Shown: positions 49,195 through 61,264, counted from the whole stretch's first letter. The stretch is 62,887 nt of DNA, filler included, from Octopus bimaculoides (GCF_001194135.2; 8 parts of 8 records of this genome joined end to end with filler, not necessarily neighbours in it), one strand, 5' to 3'. Numbers and translations: made by a program. Notes: generated by a model not told the origin, from the sequence alone.

Positions 49195-51103
49195 AGCGAT
49201 AATGCTCTTCTCAGTACATGAGTCGTTCCAGTCAACACGATTTTTTGCACTTCCTGTAGGCACGGTAAGCCTGTATCATTTTCAAATAGGTTTTAGTACC
49301 TTTTTTTTATCATTCCTAGAGATCCCACAATCACTAGTACGGTAGTCGCCTTGAGGTGCCACATTTTTTCAATTTCTATTAGCAAGCCTTTATATTTACT
49401 GTTCTTGTCAAATTCTTTCGCCGCTATATTATGATCAGAGGGAATACTCATGTCAATTAACAAACACATCTTCTTTGTCTGATCTTTTATAATGATATCC
49501 GGTTTATTAGCTTTTATAGCCTTGTCAGTATGTACGGGGGAAGTCCCAGAGAATCGATACATTTTCTCCCTCAGTCACAGCTTCAGGATGATGTTTATAC
49601 CATTTGTCAACGGTTTTGATTTTATAATGCCGACATATTGTCCAGTGTAAATACTGGCCGACTCTGTCATGTCTTGCTTTATATTCTACAGGTGCTAAGA
49701 CTCTACACCCTGAGATTAGGTGGTCTATAGTTTTAATCGCATCGTTACAGAATCGGCATTTTAGGTCAGCTCCATTTTTTTATCCGGGTTAATAAGCTTT
49801 GGTCTTGAGTAGCTAATATGAAACCTTCACTCTCTGCTTTTAGCCCTGAACTTCGTAACCATTGATGCGTGCGTTTCTGGTCGACATCAGCTTGTTTGCT
49901 ACGAGCCACATACTTGCCATGCAGAGGTTTCTGTTCCCATCTGCTAGCTAATTTTTCATGTGCTTTTTGTCTTTGCAATTAATTTTATTTTCTTTGCAGC
50001 AGCAATTGGCACATTTCCTTCAATCTGATCAAGATGGTGGGTATCTAAGAGATCAATAGCGAATTTTTTGCTCTCTTTCAGAATAGAGTGAAGTTTTTTC
50101 GGTCTTTTATGTTTTTCAACAAGTTTCAGCATCCAATCGTTGGTTGTTTCAAGGTATTTGGCCAGTCCTGTTGTGGTGGCTTTGTATGTAAGTTCAAGCT
50201 GGATCAAGCCTCGACCTCCCTGAGCTCTGGGAAGGTAAAGGCGATCTACGTCTGCCTTTGGATGGTGCATCTTATTACAAGTCAGTAACTTGCGGATTTT
50301 TCTATCAATTTTCATTATTTCACTGGTATTCCAATTAAGCACATTGAAGCTATAAAGAACAACTGGGACTGCTAAAGAATTTATGGTTAACACCTTATAT
50401 ACATTCAGTTCAAATTTCAGAACTGCTCGAACTCTTCTATTACATTCCTTCCTAACCTTCTCTTTCATGCTTGCATGCTGGATACCAGAGCCTTCATTTA
50501 TTCCTAGGTATTAATAGGTTTGTTCCTGCTCAAGTTCCTTTATTACCGTTTCGACATCTAATTCTATTGAACTTGGCTTTACCAGTTTCCCTTTCTTAAA
50601 ATTGGCTTTGGCACACTTTTCAAGGCCAAACTCCATCCCGATATCATCACTGTATGTAGTAGTCCTTCAAGCTCTTTATCATCTTTGCCATATAGTTTTA
50701 AATCATCCATATAAAATAGGTGACTTATTTTCCTGTTGTCAATTTTGTAGCCACACCCTGTTCTATTCAGTTCACTTGAGAGTGGTATTAGTGCTATGCT
50801 GAAAATTAGCGGTGAAAGTGAGCCACCTTGGAAAATGCCACAGTTTATGCTAATATTGTTTGAGTGCAATACTCCATTAGAATGATATAATGGCAGCTTC
50901 GTGTTCCATAGTGACATATTATACTTTAAAAAATCTGAAATTACAGGAGAAATTTTGAAAATGTTCAGCGATTTCAGAATCCACGAATGTGGTATGCTGT
51001 CAAAGGCTTTTTTATAATAAATCCATGAAGAGCTGAGATTTCTGCGCTTGTTATGGCAGTTCTCAAGGATCATGCGATTAATTAAGAGCTGATTTTTGCA
51101 TCC
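49195..51103 (-). mobile_element. R4/Dong-like LINE ORF: RT + CCHC + RLE, pseudogenised, cut by scaffold end
   Basis: QLLINRMILE...W.YYKKAFDSIPHSW...GIFQGGSLSPLIF...HLFYMDDLKLY (RT); HHPKADVDRLYLPRAQGGRGL; WLRSSGLKAESEGFILATQDQSL; NKPDIIIKD...LIDMSIP...EIEKMWHLK; several frameshifts. Confidence 0.95.
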
Positions 51104-51203
51104 NNNNNNNNNNNNNNNNNNNNNNNNNNNNNNNNNNNNNNNNNNNNTTAATTAATTAANNNNNNNNNNNNNNNNNNNNNNNNNNNNNNNNNNNNNNNNN
51201 NNN
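51104..51203. other. artificial scaffold-joining spacer
   Basis: 44 N + TTAATTAATTAA + 44 N. Confidence 0.97.
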
Positions 51204-51321
51204 ATGTTATACAGTTAACAGAATCGAGGGGTTTTTTTCCGGTAATCTTCGGAGCTACAAACGGTAGGATTACGGAAACAGCAGTTTCTGCGGTCTACTG
51301 CTGACTGCTCTCTTTCTTGCT

Positions 51322-51322
51322 T

Positions 51323-51381
<59 letters not shown>
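51322..51381. repeat. (CT)n microsatellite
   Basis: Directly visible. Confidence 0.95.
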
Positions 51382-51384
<3 letters not shown>

Positions 51385-51747
51385 TTTCTCTCTCACACTA
51401 TTTCTTTTCCCCCTCCTCCTCTTCCCTCCTCCATCGTCTCCACCTTTACTACAACGCTACAGTTACTCTGAACAAAATGCCTCCATCTGCAATCCTTACA
51501 GCTTTACTTCTCTCTCCCTCTCTCTGTTTCTCTCCCCTTACTCCTCTGACTTTCCCTCTCTCTTTTCCTCTCTGGATGACGTCCACATACCGGTGACAAT
51601 GGTCACCCAATGTTCGGAGATTCATGACATCGCTTGAGGAAGATTCAGCAGTAATTTCCCATTGCCTTTTACGGGTTTATTTTACTCATGTTCCGTTTTT
51701 GGATTTTGTTTACAAGATTCTTTATGTGAGTTCGTGTGTTGAAGCAT

Positions 51748-51836
51748 ATTCTGTTGTGTCTGGGGAAACTTTACCAGTGAGTGTGTTAAATTATAAGGCA
51801 CCAAAAGAGAATGACTCTCCCCAGACACAACAGAAT
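51748..51836. repeat. perfect 19-bp inverted repeat with 51-nt spacer
   Basis: ATTCTGTTGTGTCTGGGGA (51748-66) / TCCCCAGACACAACAGAAT (51818-36). Confidence 0.9.
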
Positions 51837-53192
51837 TTACTCTTGTTGTTTCCTGCTTTTCCTAGCTTATTCCTGAAGGACACGGCCTATCACGACATCA
51901 GTTGATGCAGCTTCTCTGCAGATGCGTGGACACCAACTCTGCCTGTGGACCGCACTCAGTCTTAAAGATTGTGCCACATGTGCACATACACAGGAGCGGT
52001 CCTAGCGTATTTAACGCCTTAGGCTTTCTTAGGAGCTGAAACCCAAATGGTTGAAGCTCCAGAGATATCCTTAAACTCGCATCAATTTTCCACACGGCCC
52101 TAATTGATAAAAATAGAAAAGTTACATCATCTGATTAAATTTCTTTATGAATCTGAGGAGGGGGAGTCAAATTTTTGTAATAAATCCTAATTAGACAAAG
52201 TCTTTTTCTTTGTTAAATATTCGATTTATTCCAACGACCCTACAATGAGAGCCTCCTTCTCCAATTTTTTCTACAACTTTCTCCATCAATCACCTTCACT
52301 ACAACTGTTGGAGTAAACATGCAAAATATTATAACTAACTCACGAACAAAATTTGAAATATTTCTCGCTAAATCATGTGACAGACCACCACAACCCATCG
52401 TCCTTTCGTTTCCCTTCCATTTCTATGTCCTCCATTATTCTTCATTCCGAGAGTGACGTAATCTGCTCTGTTTATTATTAAGTTTTGTGTTTTTCATAAG
52501 ATTAAGATATTTTTGTGTAAACTATTTGTGGAGGTTCCCTTTCATTTTAACGCCCCGGGCGATCGCCGTGTTTGCTAAATGTGTACCACCAGCCCGACAC
52601 CCACATACATAAGCCCTTCCCTGGTCAACAGAGACCACGTCGTTCTACACATCCGCCAAAGCACCTAACAGCTGCTTTGAGGGCATATGGAAGAGCCCCT
52701 CCGGTTTTGGCAATTCAGAAGTATGGTAGCTCTCTTTGCCAGTGATTCGATGAATTCGAAAGCCTAAAAGGTACTCTCTCTTACGCTTATGCTATTTTCT
52801 TTCCCGGGAGCCAACGTATGTCGAGAGCCTCCTGCTGACTAGCAACGCTAGCCAAACCGTTGTTATAAGCAAATTCGTTACTTTTCACATTTGTTAAGAG
52901 CTGTCAATGTGTCTGTCTGTTGGATTTGTTCGATTGAATTCATCCTATTTTCATTTTTCTGTTTGTCTTTTATTTTATTGCTTACTGTTATTTTTAATTC
53001 TACACAATGATGTCATACTTCTGGCGTTTTATAGTATAGATAACAGGTTAAAATCTAAATTTCTCTTCAGATGTCTTTTAACACGTCCGTTCACTTCCAA
53101 ACCTCATAATAACCACCTCAGTCCAAAGGAAGTGAACAGATGCTACATTAATGACAACACCAACAATAAGCTGAGTATTGTAACATTAATCC

Positions 53193-53348
53193 TTTCTTAT
53201 TTTTATTTTATTCATTTTTTATTTATTGCCCACAAGGGGCTAAACATAGAGGGGACAAACAAGAACAGACAAAGGGATTAAATCGATTCCATTGACCCAG
53301 TGCATAACTGGTACTTAATTTATCGACCCCCGAAAGGATGAAAGGCAA
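53193..53348 (-). mobile_element. 5'-truncated SINE family A with A-rich tail and 14-bp target-site duplication
   Basis: TGTAACATTAATCC at 53179-53192 and 53360-53373. Confidence 0.8.
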
Positions 53349-53373
53349 TGTAACATTAATGTAACATTAATCC

Positions 53374-53545
53374 GTTCTACTGAAGGCACAAGGCTTGACA
53401 TTTAGAGCATGGGGAGGGGACTGGTCGATTACATCGACCCCAGCACTCAACTGGTACTTGGTTTATCGAGTCCGAAAGGATGAAAGGCAAAGTCGATCTC
53501 GGCCGAATTTGAACTCAGAAACGTAATGATGGACGAAATACCTAT
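53374..53545 (-). mobile_element. SINE family A variant with different 3' tail, interrupted
   Basis: Shares central gtcgat..ctttgcctttcatcctttcgg core; tail ...aatgtcaagccttgtgccttcagtagaacgg. Confidence 0.75.
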
Positions 53546-53773
53546 TTCGTTATTGCCCACAAGGGGCTAAACATAGAGGGGACAAACAAGGACAGACAAA
53601 GGGATTAAGTCGATTACATCGACCCCAGTGCGTAACTGGTACTTAATTTATCGACCCCGAAAGGATGAAAGGCAAAGTCGACCTCGGCGGAATTTGAACT
53701 CAGAACGCAGTGGCAGACGAAATACCGCTAAGCATTTCGCCCGGCGGGCTAACGATTCTGCCAGCTCGCCGCC
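53546..53773 (-). mobile_element. SINE family A, full length
   Basis: Reverse complement of ggcggcgagctggcagaatcgttagc...gggcaataa. Confidence 0.92.
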
Positions 53774-54141
53774 TTTTGACATTGTCATAATAATAGCAAT
53801 AATAATGATGATGATGATTTCTTCTTCTTCTTCTATTTATTTAATGCTAATTGACAAAATATAAGTATAATACCAGTAATATATTACAACCAAATCAATC
53901 AGCTTCGTATAACCACGATATTTAATAGATTTTCCCCAGCATTCGTTATGTTTTATGACAAAGTTCGCTTCAAATATTTCTCTTATTTCAAAGGTTTTCA
54001 CCCACAACAGAGTTGTCAGTGTAGCACAATTACGTTATGGGAAAAAGGCGTATCAGTCGTGTCTATCCAACTCCAATTATGTGGGGGGAGTGTGTATGTG
54101 TGTGAGTGTGGAGGGAGACTGAGTGAGCGTGTGTGTATGTG

Positions 54142-54371
54142 TTATTTCTTTACTACCCACAAGGGGCTACACACAGAGGGGACAAACAAGGACAGACAAA
54201 CGGATTAAGTCGATTATACCGACCCCAGTGCGTAACTGGTACTTATTTGATCGACCCCGAAAGGATGAAAGGCAAAGTCGACCTCGGCGGAATTTGAACT
54301 CAGAACGTAGCGGCAGACGAAATACCGCTAAGCATTTCGCCCGGCGTGCTAACGTTTCTGCCAGTTCGCCG
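54142..54371 (-). mobile_element. SINE family A, full length, inside (GT)n
   Basis: Near-identical to 53546-53773; gtgtgtatgtgt on both flanks. Confidence 0.92.
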
Positions 54372-54454
54372 TGTGTGTGTATGTGTGAGAAAAAATGTGT
54401 GTATACGTGCGTGTGCGTGTGTGTGCGCGCGCGCGCAATGTCTGCTCCCCACCA

Positions 54455-54630
54455 CCAATTGGTAACCAGTATTGGTGTGTTCACGTCCCCGTAACTTAGC
54501 TGTTCGGCAAAAGAGTCCCGATAGAACAAATCTAAATACTGGGCTGCATATGTTTGACTAAAATCCTTCATTGCGGTGCCCCAGCATGGCCGCAGTCTAA
54601 TGGCTGAGAAAAAGTACATGATAACCGATA
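54455..54630 (+). mobile_element. SINE family C 3' part
   Basis: gtccccgtaacttagctgttcggcaaaagag...gcggtgccccagcatggccgcagtc. Confidence 0.82.
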
Positions 54631-54665
54631 AAAGATATGATGTGTGTGTGTGTGTGTGTGTGTGT

Positions 54666-54765
54666 NNNNNNNNNNNNNNNNNNNNNNNNNNNNNNNNNNN
54701 NNNNNNNNNTTAATTAATTAANNNNNNNNNNNNNNNNNNNNNNNNNNNNNNNNNNNNNNNNNNNN
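54666..54765. other. artificial scaffold-joining spacer
   Basis: 44 N + TTAATTAATTAA + 44 N. Confidence 0.97.
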
Positions 54766-55140
54766 TGTATCAAGAAAAGAGCAATAATCTATAACAGCAT
54801 CAATCGCACAGGAAGAAAGCCACGATACCCTCCCCCAAACGAAATAGAAAAATGTCTGAATGAAGTGTAGCCTTCCGTAGTTTATATCTGCTGAGGAAAG
54901 TAATATGGGACTGTGGGAACTATCTGCAATAACGAAGTGGAAGCACGCAGGATGCGAAATGTTTTTTCTCACGAGTGTTCTGGACTCCAGTAATGAATTC
55001 ATGTGCATCCAGCAAATCAGAGCTCACCTTGATCTTGTTGTCAAGTTGACAAACACACTCTACCAAGTAAACTCAAGACGAAGAACGGTGTTGTAAGTCG
55101 ACCGGTCACCAAGTTATGCCTGATTTTAGGAGACAAGTAA
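54766..55140 (+). mobile_element. degraded BEL/Pao LTR retrotransposon integrase C-terminus
   Basis: KLKTKNGVVSRPVTKLCLILGDK* resembles the conserved BEL/Pao pol end; upstream reading is broken. Confidence 0.55.
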
Positions 55141-55344
55141 TACGATAGATTTGCATCTATACCAATTATCGGATTTTGTTAGGACCCCATATGGTAAAGA
55201 TGTGGATGGGAGAAACGTGGGTAGAGGGTGATGTGCTAGCAACCCTCTACCCTTACTGTTTTACAAAGCAAACAACAACACAAATAACTACGCAGAAGCA
55301 ACCATGGTTGAAACAAGAAGCATTATTAACAAGAAACAAGGGTC

Positions 55345-55460
55345 ATCTTTCTGATTTGGCGGACACCATTTTTTATTTAGTTTTTATTTAGTGTGTTTTC
55401 TACCGAAACACTTTAAAGCTTTTTGTCTTATATTCGAAGTGTCCGCCAAATCAGAAAGAT
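55345..55460. mobile_element. small MITE-like element with perfect 22-bp inverted ends
   Basis: ATCTTTCTGATTTGGCGGACAC (55345-66) / GTGTCCGCCAAATCAGAAAGAT (55439-60). Confidence 0.65.
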
Positions 55461-56030
55461 CCGAAACAAGAAGCATTATTAAACAATATTGAAACAAAAA
55501 GCATGGTCGTTCCTTACCCAAGCGACCTTATCTTATCGCCCATCACTTGTTATGCACTCATAAATTGGCTATATGCAAATGAGTTCATAACTGGAGTCTG
55601 GAACTCTCGTGGCAGAAAAAATTCGCGCGCAGGATGGTTACAATGATCTGCTCCTCCGAGCAGTTCGTAATACTCCCCTTATACATAAAAGATTTCGAGA
55701 GACCTNNNNNNNNNNNNNNNNNNNNNNNNNNNNNNNNNNNNNNNNNNNNNNNNNNNNNNNNNNNNNNNNNNNNNNNNNNNNNNNNNNNNNNNNNNNNNNN
55801 NNNNNNNNNNNNNNNNNNNNNNNNNNNNNNNNNNNNNNNNNNNNNNNNNNNNNNNNNNNNNNNNNNNNNNNNNNNNNNNNNNNNNNNNNNNNNNNNNNNN
55901 NNNNNNNNNNNNNNNNNNNNNNNNNNNNNNNNNNNNNNNNNNNNNNNNNNNNNNGTACTGTATCTATTCTTTATTCCTCATTAAAAATAGAGTTATCTTT
56001 TATTCTGGTTACTCTTTATTGACGTTTGAA

Positions 56031-57110
56031 ATGGATAACCAAAAATTTCATATTCGCGTTGTAATGCTTTTCTTTTTTAAAAAAAGGAGAAAATGCTGCA
56101 AAGACTTGCAAAAACATTTGTGAAGTTTATGGCGATGATGAATTCAAAGGTGGTTTGCAAAATTTAAAGCTGGAGAGTTTAGCTTTGAAGTTGACAGTCG
56201 CAGTGGAAGACCTTCAAAATTAGATGATGTTTTAAAGGCAAAAATCGAAGAAAACTCAAATATCATGACTAGAGAACTTGCAGAGGAGTTGGAAGTTTCT
56301 AAAAGTACGGTTCATGAACACGCAATGAAGCTAGGATACATTTCCCACTATAATGTATGGATCCCTCACAAATTCTCCAAAGAGAATTGCTTGGACCAGT
56401 ATTCCGTTTGTGATATGCTTTTGAAATGGAATGAAAGTGTACCTGTTTTGAAACAACTTGTGGCTGGAGATGAGAAATGGATTGTGTACGAAAACGGAAC
56501 GTGGAAAAGATCCTGGAATTTGCATAAGGATCACCCAAAACAACAAGCAAAGATGAATATCCATGCCAAAAAAGCTATGCTTTGTGTTTGGCATGATTTA
56601 TTATGAGTTTCTCCCACAAAACCAGACCATTAATTCCGATGTGTATTGTCGTCAGCTGGCTAATTTGAAGCAAAAAAATCAAAGAATTGAGGCTGGAGAT
56701 TGACAACAGGAAGGGGATAGTGTTCCAACAAGACAATGCCCAGCCATATGTGTCTCTGGCTACCCGAAAAAAATTACATGAACTTGGCTGGGATCTCTTA
56801 CCCCATCCACCATATTCTCCTGGTATTGCGCCATCCGACTACCACGTGTTTTTTTTTTGTCTCTACAGAACTCCTCGCAAGGAAAACCATTTAAGGATTT
56901 AGATGAAGTCAAAACGCATCAAGATAACTTTTTTTCTTCAAAATTAGTCAAATTTTATGCTGACGGAATGTTTAAATTACCTGATAGATGGGCAAAGGTC
57001 ATTAATAATAATGGAAATTATTTCATTGAATAAAATTTATTGAAAGGTCAATTATTTATATCCCTTTTTGCATATTAGAAAATGCTCAGAACTTTCCAGG
57101 CAACCTAATA
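56031..57110 (+). mobile_element. mariner (DD34D-type) transposon, transposase pseudogene 56031-57033
   Basis: WIPHKF, AGDEKWIVY, KKAMLCVW, QQDNAQP...HPPYSPGIAPSDYHVF, LPDRWAKVINNNGNYFIE*; frameshifts; right TIR ...gaactttccaggcaacctaata followed by TA; left TIR probably in gap. Confidence 0.93.
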
Positions 57111-57115
57111 TAAAG

Positions 57116-57140
57116 ACAGTGAGCTGGCAGAATTGTTAGC
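57116..57140 (+). mobile_element. SINE family A head cut by scaffold end
   Basis: gacagtgagctggcagaattgttagc. Confidence 0.6.
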
Positions 57141-57240
57141 NNNNNNNNNNNNNNNNNNNNNNNNNNNNNNNNNNNNNNNNNNNNTTAATTAATTAANNNN
57201 NNNNNNNNNNNNNNNNNNNNNNNNNNNNNNNNNNNNNNNN
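57141..57240. other. artificial scaffold-joining spacer
   Basis: 44 N + TTAATTAATTAA + 44 N. Confidence 0.97.
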
Positions 57241-57329
57241 TATATATATATATATATATATATGCTTTTTATCTCACTCTATATAAATGTTTGTCTCTAT
57301 TGTGCAAGTGCATGTATATAGGGAACTAC

Positions 57330-57585
57330 AGAGGAAAGCATGGACCGGGATGTGTGTTGTGCTCTTGAGCAAGACACTTTTTTCACTTGCACCCAGCTGT
57401 AGAAATGCGTTGTTACGTCACTGGTGCCAAGCTCTATCGTCCTTTGCCTTTCCCTGGCGTAGATAGGGGAGGCCGGTATACATGGGCGACCTTTGCTCTT
57501 CCATAAACAGCCTTGCCCGGATTTTAGCCTCGGAAGGTAACTTTGTACGTGCAATCCCATGGTCATTCATGACCGACGCGGGTCA
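57330..57585 (+). mobile_element. SINE (family D), head missing
   Basis: ggaccgggatgtgtgttgtgctcttgagcaagacacttt...cagctgtagaaatg (CORE-like central part) ... gcaatcccatggtcattcatgaccg. Confidence 0.65.
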
Positions 57586-57651
57586 TTACTCTTTTAGAGG
57601 CAAGCAGTAAAATGCTCAAATGAACACAAGTAGAATACTTAGGTACTTAGG

Positions 57652-58150
57652 TAAGTTTCGGCTAGAATTGGTTCCATATTACAATCATTCTTTGGGCACC
57701 ATATCCTATATGAGTACAAAGTTATTGTTTGCAGACATATAATCGGATGTAGGTGGTTTAACTGGACATATAATTGGATGTATTAGCATGATTTTATAGA
57801 GTAGAGCTAGTTGAGACGAAATAGCTCTGTCTTAATGTTGTGATGTAAAAGGAGCAGCATTCTCGTAGAAGACGGCGGCACGGTGACCATATTTTGCGTG
57901 AACATTAGAGATGATGTAAACATCATCCGGACAATGTTATTGGAATATTTCCCACATCATACATAGGGCAGCGCTCACAGCAATGCTGGAGGGAATAAAG
58001 TTTAAGCTCCTCGAAACGATCCCAATAATCAGGACATGCCATGTTATTTTTTTTTTCTTTTTGTGTGGTGGAGTCTGATCTCTGGGTGATTCAATTTTTA
58101 TAACATTTTCTTTCATGTTTGGCAGATCACGGAGAGCAATGGTATTCAAG
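57652..58150 (-). mobile_element. CR1-type LINE 3' fragment, degraded
   Basis: Tail aagtttcggctagaattgg and internal segments match 41885-42400. Confidence 0.7.
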
Positions 58151-58437
58151 TCAAAACTAAAATGAAATGCCCAGCTAGTAAACTATAAAATCCACGGGGC
58201 AAAAATTCAATTTAAAGTAGTAATGCATTCTTCAACACACGCTAAAATTACTCTATTCTGAAGATACGACCATGCACTCTCTAGAAAGGTAGCTGATGGA
58301 TTTCAAAACTTTAGTGTTTAGAACAAAATGGCTAGAAATTCAAAATATGAAAAAAAAATCTACTATAAAGTAATAAAATTTGGACATAGTATCATGTTTT
58401 CAATATTATGTCTAAGAGAAAAACTGTCTTCCATACA

Positions 58438-58468
<31 letters not shown>

Positions 58469-58633
58469 GTATACATTCATACACATATAGACAAAAAGAG
58501 AATGAGAATGACGTGCACATACATGTACATATAAAATATGCATGCATATACATCATAAATAATATATTATATTATGTATGTACATATATATATATGCACT
58601 TCTTTCTCCCCTCTCTCAGTCTCTGTCTCTGTC

Positions 58634-58677
<44 letters not shown>

Positions 58678-59397
58678 NNNNNNNNNNNNNNNNNNNNNNN
58701 NNNNNNNNNNNNNNNNNNNNNNNNNNNNNNNNNNNNNNNNNNNNNNNNNNNNNNNNNNNNNNNNNNNNNNNNNNNNNNNNNNNNNNNNNNNNNNNNNNNN
58801 NNNNNNNNNNNNNNNNNNNNNNNNNNATTTATGCTGATACTGAGCAGGAATTAAGTAGCAAAATATTTCACAAGGCTTTACGTTAATATAAGATGATGTG
58901 TGATGGTGTGAAGGGTACGGGTAGATCGGTGGTGGCGTGGTAATGGTTTATTTGGTAGGCAATGGTTAGGTTAGGTATGTGTCTGCAAGGGAGGGTGGGG
59001 CTGGAGCTGGAAGGTGGCGGTGTGTCGATATAGAAACGGTGGTAGTGGCTTACATCGCCGGTAGGTGATAAAACAGCGTTCGGGTGGTGGGTGTGGCTCA
59101 AATTATGGGGTAGGAGCCTGTTGCATGGTGCGACTAGTAGAAATAGTAGTACTGGTGGGATGGTGATGGTAGTGGTGGTGATTGTCATGATGGTGGTGGG
59201 GGTCTGTGTATGTGGGTGTGACTCTGTGTGTGTGAGTGTGTGTCTGTGTTTTCCGATAAGTACGAGAGGTGTTGTGTCCGTGTAGTATATTAATTGGAGT
59301 ACACGCGCCTGTGTGCGCGTGTATGTATGTGTTTATACATGTGCATGTGTATATATATACATATATATGCATAAACACGCACACACATACACATAGA

Positions 59398-59488
<91 letters not shown>

Positions 59489-59514
59489 GTTCGCATGTAT
59501 GCATGTATGTATAT

Positions 59515-59650
59515 ACGTATGCCCGAATGGTTGAAAGTTTGCCTCGCAACTACGAAATCCCAGTGACTTCATGGGCAAGTATCATTATCTACAGCCATAC
59601 CTTATGAGTGTAATTGGGTAAACGGTAACTGTAAAGAAGCCCGTCGAGTG
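59515..59650 (+). mobile_element. SINE family C head, degraded
   Basis: ggttgaaagtttgcctcgcaac...catgggcaagt...ggtaactgtaaagaagcccgtcg. Confidence 0.55.
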
Positions 59651-59819
59651 AAGTGTATCTGCAAATGAAAAGGTACGGCATTGTCACACACTGTTTTATG
59701 ACTGATTATGCCTCAAAATTACGTTAAAGGGGCAAATGTCTGAGGAATATTCACGCACGAACATAGTTGATCAGTGTAGGCAATTCAGTTGAGTTTGAGG
59801 GGCATGGATTAGTGATTGG

Positions 59820-60065
59820 TCAAAGTATTGGACTCGTGATCGTAAGATGCCATGACGTACCTACACCTTAGAATCATCATGGCATCTGATGTGGTTTTTT
59901 AAACCAGACAATGTTATGAAAAGACACCCACATAGATTGCACTTCCGATTTTGACCATCAAGAGCTGCAGGTAAGTTCTGATTTTTGTGGATTTTAAAAT
60001 GTCTTTTGAGGCCTCCCATCCGACTCCATTTGGCGCTAGACAGGTGTTGCTTACCGTAGCTCCCC
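59820..60065 (-). mobile_element. LINE 3' end with C2H2 zinc finger (RTE-like)
   Basis: ...GGLKRHFKIH...CNLCGCLFITLSGLKNHIRCH* then a short 3' UTR; terminal C2H2 fingers occur in RTE-group ORF2 proteins. Confidence 0.55.
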
Positions 60066-60080
60066 AAGTAACCGATCAAG

Positions 60081-61031
60081 ATGTCCAGAGATTTGGATGA
60101 CCTTTCCACGAAGGAGGTTTACGTAATGAAGTTTTTAGCTTGTTCAACTTATGTTGGAGCGAACAATGTTGACTTCCAAATGGAACAATATATCTACAAA
60201 AGCAAATTAGAAGGTACCTACATCAACCTACGCAAGACCTGAGAGAAACTCCCGTTGGTCACTCGTGCCATCGCTGCCATCGAGAATACGGCTGATATCT
60301 GTGTCATCTCCGTACGTCCCTATGGATGAAGGGCAGTTCTGAAGTTTGCTACAGCAACTGGTGCTACGCCTATTGCTGGTCGCTTCACACCTGGTGCTTT
60401 CACCAATCAGATTCAGAAAGCTTTCCGTAAGCCCCGTCTTCTGTTTGTCACTGACCCAGGACTGACCACCAACCTATCAGTGAAGCATCCGAGTTATTGC
60501 CCTTTGCAACACAGACTCCCTTCTCAAGTACATCGACGTTGCCATCCCATGCAATAACAAGTCAATCCATTCCATTGGTCTAATGCGGTGGTTGCTGGCT
60601 CGAGAAGTTCTCCGCCTGATGGATAACAACAGCCATGAACATCCTTGGGACGTCATGGCTGATTTGTATTTCTACAGAGACCCAGAGGAAGCTGAGAAGG
60701 ATGAACAGGCTGCATTGGAGAAGGCCGCTACCAAAGAGGAAAGCACTGAAGCTTGGCCGGCTGGTAGTGATCTTGGAGGTGTTGCACCAGCTGATGTTAC
60801 TGACTGGGCTCGTGAGACCGTACCAAGTGATACTGCAGTATCAATCCAAGCTTACGGGGGCACTGCGACTGAAGACTGGGATGCAGCTGATACCAGCTGG
60901 TCAGTACCCACTGCTAGCACTATCAACCCTGCTGTACCTTCTTCCACTGCCACAAAACCAGCGACCACCACCTCAGCTTCACAACCTGCCAATGTGAGCC
61001 AACAATGGGGTGGGTCTGCTTATAACTGGAG

Positions 61032-61035
<4 letters not shown>
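60081..61035 (+). pseudogene. RPSA: processed pseudogene of 40S ribosomal protein SA (uS2 / laminin receptor)
   Basis: M..LD...[24 protein letters not shown]...INLRKT*EKL...[58 protein letters not shown]...[39 protein letters not shown]...[15 protein letters not shown]...TEDW; intronless, in-frame TGA at 60240 and 60327, frameshift/deletion near 60460-60495. Confidence 0.96.
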
Positions 61036-61063
<28 letters not shown>

Positions 61064-61210
61064 NNNNNNNNNNNNNNNNNNNNNNNNNNNNNNNNNNNNN
61101 NNNNNNNNNNNNNNNNNNNNNNNNNNNNNNNNNNNNNNNNNNNNNNNNNNNNNNNNNNNNNNNNNNNNNNNNNNNNNNNNNNNNNNNNNNNNNNNNNNNN
61201 NNNNNNNNNN

Positions 61211-61263
<53 letters not shown>

Positions 61264-61264
61264 A

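Noticed and set aside
51794-51801. TAAGGCAC matches the start of miR-124
   Set aside because: Only the first 8 nt match and the rest of the mature sequence and precursor arm are absent.
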